NCBI GenBank assembly: GCA_030704615.1
Contig: CM060733.1
Coordinates: 39,618,001 to 39,682,000 of the forward strand
Source: Takakia lepidozioides
Lineage: Eukaryota > Plantae > Bryophyta
Reading direction: 5' to 3'
DNA: 64,000 nt
This document shows positions 1 through 12,100 of the stretch, piece after piece. Under the pieces are notes generated by a model. That model was not told the origin of the DNA and made no database searches. It saw only the letters and a list, made by a program, of their open reading frames with translations. Within the stretch, counting starts at the first letter, position 1. Each line of letters opens with the position of its first letter. The translations under genes and the position numbers were made by a program.

Positions 1-3000
1 CGGTATTCCAAAAGTTCAGATGGGCTGGTTCTTTTCTAGAACAGTCTCAGTGCATACCGAGGCTCACCCTCCTTGGTCTTTCCTGAGAGCTCCTTCCCAA
101 AACACCTCCACTCAACCATGGTACCTTCCCTAATATCTAACTCCTTTGGACAGACCCTCAATTTCTGAACTCCACATAGGTCACACTCACCTCTCAAGCA
201 CTTCTTTTTGTGCCACTCATCTGAATCCTTCTTAGGGCAAACAACTGATTCCCACATGGAGGTCACACCTTGGAATTGGAAAGACAAGGCATTGCAACCT
301 CCTTGTGAGCGATGGCACATAGCCTTACAAACACATGCACAAGTCGTATCGTGCACACCTTTGGTCGCGGTTCTCATGTTGTTGTAGCCGACCTTAAGCT
401 CGTCCATTTCAATTTGAGACTTGCAACAACATACATTTCTGTCCTTCAATTTTTTCACAAAGTAGGGTCTCAATCTCTCAAACAACCGCTGCCTTATCTT
501 CACTGTAGGGTTTTTCTGCTGAAATCGCAAAAAGAACTCAGCCTGCCAACCAGCAGCTGCACCATGTCAGAAAATCCACAAAGAAGGTTGGGTACAAATT
601 GTAAGCGCAACAACATTACCAGAATAGCACAGATCAATGGGGAAACTGTACTGACAACACTGTAAGGACATTCAAGATGGATGCTGTGAAGGGAAATGTT
701 TGCTCTGCAGGGCAAAATACAAAAACATGACAAGTCTCCTCCAACACACAGAGACAACAATGAAAAAAAAGAAATGGTTAAGCCAACATCAGGGGTTGCA
801 TGATGCTCTGTGTGACCTCTCAAAAGCAACCTCTCAGATTGAAATGAAGGCAAAGTACAATGGTAGGGATGTTGACAGTAGTGAGTCTAGTAAAGAGTAC
901 GGATATGATGGAATGACAAATGTCCTTGACTAGGATCAATGAGACAATGAAAGCATCTGAAGGACTTAAAGAGAAGGACATGACAGAAGGGCATGTTAAG
1001 CACTAAGAAAATGACTGTGAAGTGACCTTAGGATGCATTGTTGAAAGGAAGGTATTGTGTTGCAGGACAAGGACACAAGTAATAAATATGGATTGGAAGG
1101 ATAATAGTAGACCAATGACTATGCTTGCAGGACCTCAACATCTCAGGAACTACAGGACCCATGAATTACTAAATAAGTAAAGGATATGACAATTGAATGA
1201 CTCAACAAACAAAGGACTAAACAAATCAAAAGCGTACGTGAAAGGTCTCAGCAGTCAAAGGACCAAAGTATGACAATAGGATTGTCAAACATTAATGAAA
1301 CATGGAAATTGACATCACTGTCCAGAATGACTTGAATACTTCAAGGACTATAACATGCACGAAAGGATAAATCAATGTGCAAGTCATGCATTTAGACTAG
1401 ACAACCAAACATCCACTAACAGTTTACATGTAATCAACACTCCTACTCCAAAACCAGTACATTGCAACTCTTCCACTAATAAACTGAGCACAAAGGAGGT
1501 TAAGGCAAGATAGAGGCAGCGAGCAGGTTGTGGACATACCTCTTCATATCCTCAAAAGGATCTACAACACACTTTCAATGTTAAGTTTGACTACATAAAC
1601 AGTCTCATGAGGATTCATATCGCTGCTTCATACAAGATACCATACATACTAACAACATATGTGACTAATCTAACAGTACAGTAGATGGACTCATGGCAAT
1701 GACAATTGCAAAAAAGAGGGTGGGCATCATAGCAATAGGGCCTATGAATCCATGCAATTCAATACAAAGTGATTGAACTATGACTTAGGTATAGTCCATG
1801 CACTCTCACTGTCATGTCCTGTATATCCACACAAATATAGTAAATGAGCAGAGAATATTACCAAAGAAAATAGTGAATCATATTTGAAAGGCCTCTTAAC
1901 AGATTTCAGTCATGAGATGCAGCACTTCAGTCTCATTTTCTCTTCTGTGAAAACTAGAACTAAAAAAGTGATGATGTATATAAGGTCAGGATGAGCCACA
2001 ATACCTGAGTCTCCATAAGCCAGTGAGTGGCATGAGTTGTATAAACTTTGGGCCCAATGCGTTGTCGTGTTATATCCTTCTTGTTTGGAGATACGCGGGT
2101 CTCAACTGTCCACCAATCCACCACAATGTTTTGAATTTCAGAACTAATACTATCACATTGTTGAGCCCTGCGTGCATCTGCCCACAATGCCGAACCATAC
2201 TCATCGATGATTCGATGTTTGGACATAGCTTTTCCCACGTTTTGGGGATGCACGCCTAATACTTTTGCATCAGCAGATTTGCACCGAATGTTGACACCAG
2301 CAACCATAGCAAGCACGCTATTACGGGTTCCTAGGTTATCCTTCCGACTGACATTCTTAACGTGTTGCATTGCAACATTCAGGTTAGTCATTAAAGCTTT
2401 GTTCATATCCGCTTCCTTACGGTTTCTGACATCATCTGGCAATACTTGCTTAAACTTAGGATGACACAAGGCTCTAGCAACCACGCGCCTCGCACAACCC
2501 TCATCATGCACCCGCTCAAACTGATATAGACTTCTCACAATATTTGCAGCAAGCTTCCTTTCGTACCTCTCTGTGACTTTAGGGATTTGCAGACATGACT
2601 CCAGACGACACACTACAGGACCTGTCCTTTTCTGTATCCTCCACTCTCTAATCCGCTGTGCATTCCTAGCTTTTCTTTGTTTTCAACAGAGGCTTGGGCT
2701 GCTAAGTTCTTTTTGGTGTTTTGGCCAAGGTAATTTGATCTTCCCCTACTATTCTTTTTGTTTGCCATTCTGCTATGCGGCAACAAAAATTACCCTAAGT
2801 AAAAACCTACAGATAGGGCTCTAACAAATGGAAACCTACAAATTCATGGGAATGTATACCCTCAACATGCAACCACACACATACTACACAAAACAGGAGA
2901 TTTGCCTAAACCCTATAGTAGACAGGCTCATATGATGACATCAGAGGAACTGAGGGCCTGCACAACAAACAAAAATTGACCATATGTATGAGAAAATCTT

Positions 3001-4705
3001 TTGTAATCATGGCACTCAATGTGGGAGCAAAATGACAGGGTGCTACGTCAATAAACCTGTCAATTCTGGATAACCCTAAACACAGTGCAAACGATTCAAA
3101 GCATTAAGTCACCTCGGCAATGTCGACATGTGATTCCTCACTAAGAATCCACCATCCATCAATGCAAATATAGGTGGTCAGTTGAGATGACGTCCATTGC
3201 AAGCACAAAGTATAATCCATGAACGTCCCATCCATAATCTCTGGGGTCATCTCAACTACCTTAACTCCCCAAGGATGAGTGTTGCGTGGAACTTTAAACA
3301 CAATGAGGTCTCCCACAATAGGCCTATCAATGCAATACCACGGAAGGGGTTCCCATTCAAAATGAGTAAATGGGACATGGATGGCACAAAGTAGGGGCTT
3401 GAACGAGGGGTGCTGACACTCAAATTACTAAAAGCTTGGGACAATTGTAGACCCTTACAGTCTCGGGTAGGGAATAGGTTACGCATAGAGATGGTGCAAC
3501 GCAGATGGCTCTGTCGCAAGGAAAATCCACAATAAGTGTTTGACTTAGCGAATCTGCCCACCGAACCGTAATTTTCTCTGTCTTAGGTTCCACTGCGTTC
3601 ATTTCATGCAAGATCGCTCACAGATTCCTGCATGTAGGCAACACATTCTAGCTACACGAAGAAGGGAATTGGGTCAATTCACATACCTCCCTCTGATAGA
3701 TTGTAGGTGGAGACGAATAACAGATTCAGGGCTCAGACAAAATGACATGTATTGCATGTGGTTGCGATTATCCACATTGCGGTGGAGAAACACACCCACT
3801 ATGTTACGAATAGAAGTATGCAAATGTCCATTCACTAATGGAGTGCGCACCTCCTGACATTCTAGGTTGGACATTAAACAGTCATGACAACTGAGAACGC
3901 ACACGACCCACCAGAGGCACCCTAAACTCAACAAGCAAGCAATATGCTGCCCAACAAGCTCCATCTCTTCTCTCGTGTATGGATAGGTAGGTTAGAATAC
4001 TTCATTTTTCGCTCGCTCAGTACGACCAATGCGGAGATGTTTCAAACACCACCTCTGGACTGCGGCTGTATCTTGGCATGTCTCCCAAGAGCTGACAGTG
4101 AAGCCTCAAAATTAGCACTGAAGATTTCCAAAGTAGAAGTTACAATGCAGGGACTCTATGGAACCCTAAACGCCAACCACGTTGAATTCCTCCTTTCGCA
4201 TGGGGTAAACACCAGGCTCGGGTGAGAATGTGATCGAGACACCACACATCTATTCGAGAGACAAACCATGGACAGCTGAGAGTGCTGGAGCCAAAAATGC
4301 ACCGGGGTGTGCAGATGTTTTCCAATGCAACAACTGTAAGCGAAACAACAACAACGTTCAAGTACTCCGTCACAAAAAAAGGAGCGTGAGAATGCGCTCC
4401 AGACTTGAGCGGGTTTCCCACTCCATACAGGAGTCGTCATAGTAGAGATAAAGACATTATTGCAAAGATGCACGTGGTACAGTTTCAAAATTGCACACTG
4501 TCTTTGTCATGTAGCAGTGGATCGCAAAAAAATTGCCGCTACCTCATGCAATGTGCCGAAATTTGGGCTGCGCGATGGAGACGTTTGTAGACGTGGCGGT
4601 ACGCAATATGTCCATGACCCCACATTATTATCAGATGGACACATATTTCAAAAAACTAGCAAAATAAGTGCAAAATAATCCCATGACCCTAATGATAGTC
4701 AAACA
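1..4705 (-). mobile_element. Degenerate DNA transposon, tentatively Sola2-like, truncated by the left window edge
   Basis: Transposase-like ORFs 1960-2613 (VDWWTVETRVSPNKKD...HATHWLMETQ) and 36-530 (FERLRPYFVKKLKDRNVCCC...CLRGECDLCG...VEWRCF). A TIR-like motif at 4682-4703 (catgaccctaatgatagtcaaa) resembles the TIR of the 18002-18635 MITE. The right boundary is uncertain. Confidence 0.6.
36..2613 (-). pseudogene. N-terminal/Cys-rich part of a Sola-type transposase (spliced, disrupted; catalytic core lies outside the window)
   Basis: Exon-like ORFs 1960-2613 (donor after ...METQ|gt) and 36-530. The Cys clusters and LRPxFV motif are typical of this transposase group; stop at 36-38. Confidence 0.6.
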
Positions 4706-5270
4706 TAGGGCTGTTGTCCTTGAAATAGTTCCTCAAATGAGACACCTGAACATGCTTTCACCCGGGTGCGTCCTATTTATATTCCTTCTCGCATTCATGT
4801 TAGCAAGTTACCTTATTGTCTATGGTTAAGTACCAGATTGCTTCTGCAATCTACCATGTTCCATCTACTCAAGCATTCATTCCACAGCTTCACTCAGGTC
4901 TCTCTACACATTGTGAGTATGAAATATGTATCAGATTAATATCTATCAAGTATCAGGCCAAAGCCATTGTGTCTCTAATCTCTCTATAGTATATCTCTAC
5001 AGCTTGCATTCATCAAGCATCAACATATCGTCTCTCCTCCTTCACCGTGCTCTCTATCCCTGCGATCAAGATCGTGCTCTTCGCCCTCCTGCCAGAAATC
5101 ATCTCCCCGAAGTGATCTCCTCCATGTCGCTACTTTGCCTATTCTACCTGCAAGCTATTCTAACCACCTAACTAACTAACTATCATCCAAGACAAAATGC
5201 ACGTTCCTTCTGCAGATGTCGTTCCCACACAGTTGTTCTCTGCCAATGATAACCGTTCCTTGTGAACGCT

Positions 5271-5390
5271 GTGATGGGCTGTGTCTAGTTGTGTCGGGTT
5301 GTGTCGGGCTGTGACAGACTGTGTTAGGCTGTGTCAGGTTGTGACAGACTGAGTTAAGCTGTGTAAGGCTGTGATAGGCTGTGAAAACCT
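5271..5390. repeat. 10-bp-period minisatellite (about 12 units, consensus near GTGWCAGGCT)
   Basis: gtgatgggct gtgtctagtt gtgtcgggtt gtgtcgggct gtgacagact gtgttaggct gtgtcaggtt gtgacagact... Confidence 0.85.
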
Positions 5391-5608
5391 GTCTACCACC
5401 CTTAAGGCATGTGACTGTCACCCCTAAGGTCTATATTGGTCTGAGTCTACCACCGTAGGTCTGTGCAAAATTAAGGTTACCCCATAGAACCCATAAAACT
5501 GTCTAAGTCCTCAGACAACCCTCTAATACATGTTTTAAAACCTATTAAAACATCAATGTCCTTCCATGTAGCTTACTTATTCTTCCAACAATGCCATGTA
5601 TTGTCGTA

Positions 5609-6734
5609 TTAATTATCACTGCTAATGCCCTTAGGGCAAATACTAGAAGGAGGGCCTTCGCTTCCATCAAAATTGATATTTTTGCCTTGGCATGTTCCTT
5701 CCCAACATGAAACCGGAACATTGTTACCATCGAAGTCATGCTCAACTATGCCCCCATTGATAACATTCACAACAAAGTCCGGGGTATAGTTGAAGCCGAT
5801 GATACTTGGTATGAGTTGTCCAGCAACGTACTGTGAAAGACCAATGTACTCAACAGGAATATATAAGCCTATAAATTCTGTTATCCAAGTTTCAATGTCG
5901 CTATTAGGGAACAAGGTTCTAAGGAGGGTCACGAGATTTTCAATGTCTTTAATAATTATTGCTGCTTCCACCTCTACCAAATTGAGTTGATATTTGAAGA
6001 TACCAATTGGGGTTGTCGCGCATTGATCGGTGTGTGGATTATTGATGTCTGTCGAATATTGTAGAGTACAATCATTTACTTCCCAATGGCAACAGCTAGA
6101 GTTGCCCGCAGGTACAATAGCTTTGAAGGAATCCGACGTCACTGGGAGCTATAGACACAAAAGGAAGATGATGTGAAGATCAAGTCAACAATATTTATCT
6201 AGGAGCAATAAAATGCAATAGTAGTGTATTTTTTTCTTCGAAGTGGAAAAAATATATATATATAGTAGAAATAATTCTAAACTTTCAGATTTGCCTGCCA
6301 TTCCAAGCATTTCTTGCTGGTAGATCTCAAACCTACAAGCAGAGTGGTCAATACTAGTTTTATGTCTAGTTCCTACTAATCTAAAAGGCTAAAAAATTCT
6401 TGTAGCTCACGATATGAACTTATAAATTGTTGATTTATATGATACATACGTAGACATCCGGCTTTCAATCTAACTGTAGTATCAACACCATGACCAAACA
6501 TATATATGAGGAGTGGAATATTAGACAACTATTTGTATACTAATTAGAACTTTTCAAACTTTGTGACTCATTGCACTTTCATGTAGGTTTTAAGCTCATG
6601 ATCACCTGGAGGGCGGTGATGGCATAGGAGGCATCGTTATACACACAGTAAGCAGATGTCTTCCTCAATAAAATTGATATCAGAAACATGACCAAGTAAA
6701 GAGAAGCAACCATCCTTTGACACATTGGTGCCAT
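5609..6734 (-). CDS. Secreted Cys-containing protein of unknown function, 222 aa; exons 6734-6606 and 6148-5609
   Basis: Exon 1 MAPMCQRMVASLYLVMFLISILLRKTSA|YCVYNDASYAITALQ gives a signal peptide. A phase-0 GT..AG intron joins it to LPVTSDSFKAIVPAGNSSCCHWEVNDC..., open to the stop at 5609. TATAAAA on the minus strand at 6856-6862. Confidence 0.75.
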
Positions 6735-7210
6735 AATTAGCAAGTTGTAGTTGCAACCAACCGTTTATCTCTCTTTGGGCAGTTCCAATTTTTGTGCATA
6801 AGCACACCAATGTAACTCGGAATTGATAGATGTGGGAGAGTGACAACAATTCTAGTTTTATACCTCCAATTTATGGATGACTTACTTGATGGATGTAAAG
6901 GGGTAGATGCAAGATAGGGTGGGCCAAAAACGACATAGTCCATGAAAGTCCATCCAATCCCTGAAATGGTGGGGTCCACACTACATGCGGCAAATTCTAT
7001 TGGTCCACCAAAGCGTCATATAGATAATTTGCCACTGGGTGACTGCAGCCTACAGTGTCCATTTTTGACTTAAATGCGTCATTTTCCTGTACATAGTTTG
7101 TTGGTTTTGATCTACAATCTTATATTTCTCTTAAAAGGGACTCACAACATCATACCTATCTACATGTAGTATCTACCTTCTCAGACTTGCCCCCAAAAAC
7201 AAAAGTTATC

Positions 7211-8138
7211 TCTAGAGGTGATGGACTTTATGAAAAGTCCATAAGCTTTTGTTACAGTCCATACAAAACTTGTTATGGACTCATTATCTATTAGATTTTG
7301 TAACATAATTGGAATAAGGGACTTGGCCCTCCCTTGCTATTATGATAAATAATCTAGTGTGAGAGTTTTTTAACATTTTTACTCATTAAACTAAATTTTA
7401 TGTACTTTATCAACCTACCAATAACAGCCATTTTCATAAAGTCCTTTACAATATGAAAACCAAAACACCCCATGAGTTGTCTTCATTAAATACAACTATT
7501 TATTATAGATGAAGGGTGGCCCAAGGTCAAATTTTAAAAAACATGTACTTTTGTGATTATGGTCAAGTTTGGATTACGTCATCGACGACACGTAACGACA
7601 TATATCCTCCATAACGTCTTTTTTTTTCCCATTTGAAATGACAGCATCCCAACAATAGACGTTCCATATGATATAGTGCAAGTGAATCCATGTTTTGGTT
7701 TTTTCCCACAATTTTTATCTTATGTACGTTTATGTAGGCCACATCTTTCAACTTTTTGGTCCACTCTTCGTTGCAACTACCCCACTATGATTGCATTTTG
7801 ACATGGATTTGGTGACCTATTTGTCCATGGGGCCATTTGAGATAATGAGAATCTATACCCTTTTAGTAAAAGATAGCAACCCAAAAAAACAAAAGAGGAT
7901 GCGCTATGGATTTTTGAAAACACCTGCATTTTGGGCGCATACATTAGTCCAATGGTCCCAAATGACAAATTATATTTTGGCATTGTAAATTCATTCTTAC
8001 CATTTTAACTAAATTGGTCCCTCCCATTCAAAATTGCAAAGCAATGGACCAAATGGGCATTGCTTTTGAGTCATAGCATTGGATTTCATAGCGGTGACAG
8101 TCCACATTTTCTGGTTTCAAAAATCCATAGCTCTCTAG
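7211..8138. mobile_element. Degenerate MITE-like dispersed repeat
   Basis: Imperfect inverted ends (ctagaggtgatggacttt at ~7212 vs aaatccatagctctctag ending 8138). The reverse complement of 8060-8138 matches 13505-13585. Confidence 0.4.
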
Positions 8139-9868
8139 TATTTTATTTGTTTGACAATTGGACGGTTGGTATACGTAGATATTGAAGTTAGAAATCTTAA
8201 ACCATATATGTCATTGGTTTGTGATTTGTTAGAAAAATATAGGTGGTACCATCAACCACAGTCACTGCAAAACAAACCAGTGACATACATTTTGGTCCAC
8301 CCTAGCTTTCATTAATGCAAAGTTATAATGGGAATTAGAAATATATATATATATATATATAGGGGATGGGGCCCTGAAAAAACTTTACTTAATAAGGAGT
8401 CAAAATTAAGGACAGAAAGGAGGAAAAAGTAACCTCCATTGGGCCATAAAGGCGTAACACAAGGGGAACACAGATTACTGAGGCAGGAGGGAGAAGAAAT
8501 GGAGGAAGGACCTGTGCCGCCAGGGCCCTGCAAAGAAGGGATGGAGAGAGATCCAGTTATACACTGGTGAAAGGGAGCTACCAAACATCGCAACACAACA
8601 TAGAAAGATGAGCCGGATTGCAAAAGCCTTTTGATCCCAACTGAGGGAGGATAGAGTCCTGGAGCTGCGCATTTGGCAGCAACAAAATGGGCCAATATAG
8701 TTGTTGAACATAAATTATTTTGAGATGCACTTCGAATATATCATTCAAAAAGAAATTGTGGATATATCAAATTCCTTAAAAGGTTATTGTAAAGGAAAAA
8801 ATGATGGGGGAAAAAAAAATTGTACTATTTTTTTTTCCTATTTTTATTGAGCCTCTGTTGATTCTCAAGGGGTTGTATAATGTCTCAAAAATCAAAATAT
8901 GTGTTTAGTATGTTGTTGACAATCAAAATAACAGTGCGCTATAAGCATTTGAGCGAATATTTATAAAATAAATTGACTTTATGTTGACTTCCTATTCTTT
9001 TTAAAACAATTCTTCAAATAATATTTTTATCCATGTCAAAAGACAAAGGGTAAAACAAGCATATGGTGCATATGGTAAAACAAGCACTGAACATACCTCA
9101 CTTGAAAGTCCTCATATAATATCCACACATAATTAGATGACCGCTTGATTATACAATCCCTTTGTTAAAGATTGGCTAGAATGGATGACATCCAACCACT
9201 AGTAGGAATCCTGTCTTTTACGACTGGGCTTACGATTACAAACTACTTCATTTAGGGGGGGTTTTAGCGATGTCCATGTGACGACCCCGCGACTTTATTT
9301 GCCACACTCTACGTCGAGGGTGCGCATCGGGGACGCCGTGCGACGTCGCCTTGACGTCGCTCCCAAAACGACGCTAATTAGTGATGCGGGGGGTCGCAAC
9401 AGAGTGAAACCCCTTGGACCTCGACTGCAATGCCACCGCATTGTAGCGACTGCCATCGCAATGACCCCTTGGCGTTGCCCCCTTGTGACGTCTGGGGGGT
9501 CGCATGCCAGACTTTCTTGAAGCATATGCCGGGGGTTGTTTTTCTATGAGCAGTGAGCACAAAAAAGCATGAGCAGAACCCCAAAAAAAGAATATATTTT
9601 TTGCATATTCCCAGGTTTCCAACCATCCGAACCTGTTTTCAGTGTTACAAGTGCATGATTTCCCCTCATCATAGAACAATCAAGTTAGGTTCGGATGCAA
9701 AGCTAGGTTTGGGATTTCCCTATATTTTGGGCGTCGGTGCCGACTTAGAGAGCATTTTTGCTCTTGCAAACAAGTTGGGGCAACCCCGGGAATAGGTGTT
9801 TCTTCTATAACCACAGTCCAATCTGGCATGTGAAGACCGCGGGTCTTTTTTTTTTTTTTTTTTTTTTT

Positions 9869-10190
9869 AGAAGTCGGCACAGACTTCCGGGTGTCCATTT
9901 TCAGTATTTTTGTTTTTTTTTATGGGAGAAGTCGGTACAGACTTCCGGCTGCCCATTTTCCGTTTTTTGGGCTCATTTTCCGTTTAATTAACCTTTTTTC
10001 CGTTTTTTTAAGCCCATTTTTCAATTTTTTGGTTTTTATTTGAGAAGCCGGCACAGATTTCCTGCTGTCCTTTTCAGTTTTTCTTTTTTCTTTTTTCTTT
10101 TTTGAGAAGTTGGCACAGACTTCCGGCTGTCCATTTTCCGTTTTTTTTTTTTTTGGAGAAGTCGGCACAGATTTCTGACTGTCCATTTTC
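9869..10190. repeat. Five copies of a ~34-bp hairpin-containing repeat separated by T-rich tracts
   Basis: GAGAAGTCGGCACAGACTTCCGGCTGTCCATTTTC-like units at ~9869, 9926, 10042, 10104 and 10156; GAAGTC/GACTTC stem. Confidence 0.85.
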
Positions 10191-11245
10191 CGTTTTGTCC
10201 GCGCGGGTATAGGTGGTACACCTTCTAATACCGTACATTTAGTCATCTTTAGAGATATAACCTTGGTCCTTCAGCTTTGCTCGTATCTCGAGCCTATTCC
10301 GAACCTGGAATCTGGCTTCGAGTTTGCTTCTGGGTAAGTTCGAAAACTCTGTTCATGGATCATGGCTCGTCTGTTCATTACTCATGGAAATACAGACCCG
10401 CAAATGCCCCCTGCATGCACGCCCTCTTGCGACGACGATTTTTTTTTTTTATATAGTAATTGCACCGCGTTACGTGGCGCGACAGAGTTATGAGAAAAAA
10501 ATGGATGTCTGACTGCAGTATGGTAGTGAGTGATATGACTTGGTTTACATGACGGTATGTTTCCGACTTACCCTCATGTAGTCATTCTATTCACACAATT
10601 TACATCTCTTGCAGTTATTGTAGTCATTTGTACCGGTTATGACTGCGAGGTAGTCATATATGCAGTCACAAATACCGCATTATGTTATAGTGGATCCATT
10701 TGCCGTTGCCGGTTTGTCCCAGGGATTAAAGGCCGTCACCATGACGACGTTCATTTGCGCCCCCCTGACATGGTTTGTTATTTGGCCATGGCACCTAGGT
10801 CCATCATATGGGATAATCAAGCACACAGCTGTTAGGTACCGGGGTCGCAATGGCGGCGTGGGTGGGTGTAGGTGCAAAATTTAACACGAGGATTTTTGTT
10901 TGAGAGTTTTTGAGTCCAGGAAGTCAAGTTGTACGTAGACAGTGCAAAATCAAGACCATTTGTTACAGAATTGGTGAAACATCGACACATCTACTGGTAT
11001 TGCCTACAAATGGAAGGGTATGCGACATCCATAAAGCTGAAGCGCTTAGGCGTTTATATGACTAGGGTACCTGCAAGGAGCAATGGTTGAAGGCGTGCGG
11101 TTCCAGTCGTCAAGTTCGAACATCTAGGGGCATGTTATATGACTGAAGACAACGGTCTGCCTGTTCCTTACCTTAACGTCCGATCGCTATTCAAAATGAA
11201 GGCAAGACAGGAGGGCTTGACCTCAAAGACAAATCGCTCGATGGG

Positions 11246-12100
11246 CTACATTTTGAACAACACGGTTGATAATAGAGCAAGCTCTGGGGATAGCCTAAGC
11301 TTGCTTTGTATGCCTTCCCACCTTTGTTGTTCCTCCAGGGTTTGCATACTCTCTTCTGCCCGAATGTCATCAGTGCCAATGGCAAGATGGGCCTCTTTCC
11401 TTTGCTGGTTGGTTATCTTTGTCCAGTCTTCCAGCTCATCATTTGATACTGGGTTCGAGTAACATTCTCCATCCCAGATCTTCGTGTAGGCTTTTTTGAT
11501 GAAACCATCTGTCATTTCCTTACGATTGAGATCTTTATACTGTTTAAGATCTTCTTTATCTTAGAGTTCGTCCTCCCAGATGTCAAAGCATTTCATGTAT
11601 TCCTCCATCGCTTCTTGGTCTGAGTATAGACCTTGATCTTCCTCCTCATCAATGTCTTCAGTAGAGTGGGAGTTCATACTGTCGTTCATGTCTGATTCAC
11701 AATGATAGCCCATCCTCATCCATAGGCGCGTTAATAAACTTTGATTGATGCGGAGACCCTGCGTTCCAAGTGCCAATACCTCCGTTTGGATCTGATTGTC
11801 CTCACCCACCAATTCCATTTCTTCATTTTTACGGTTCAATACTCGTTGGTCAGGTTGTTGCCAACCTCCATTTTCGGGATATTTGAACGTACAATCGGCT
11901 CTTGAAGCCCACTTGCTTGGCAGGTAGCCTACTTGAGCTGCTGTCCATTGTGTCGGACCGTTGCAGATGACAACATTACTTTCACGAATCAAAACTTCTA
12001 AGCGCCGTTCAGCGTGTGTCACCACATTCATGCGAAATCGAGAGGCGTTTGATTTGCAATTTGATTTGATGTATCGGATATTTGGCTGCAGCATTGTCAA
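11246..12100 (-). pseudogene. Unassigned degenerate coding region (possibly TE-derived)
   Basis: ORFs 11561-12100 and 11246-11515 are in the same frame, separated by one stop; acidic tract EDIDEEEDQ; no recognisable domain. Confidence 0.3.

Noticed and set aside
9869-10190. CRISPR array
   Set aside because: Spacers are low-complexity poly-T of irregular length, there are no cas genes, and the context is eukaryotic.
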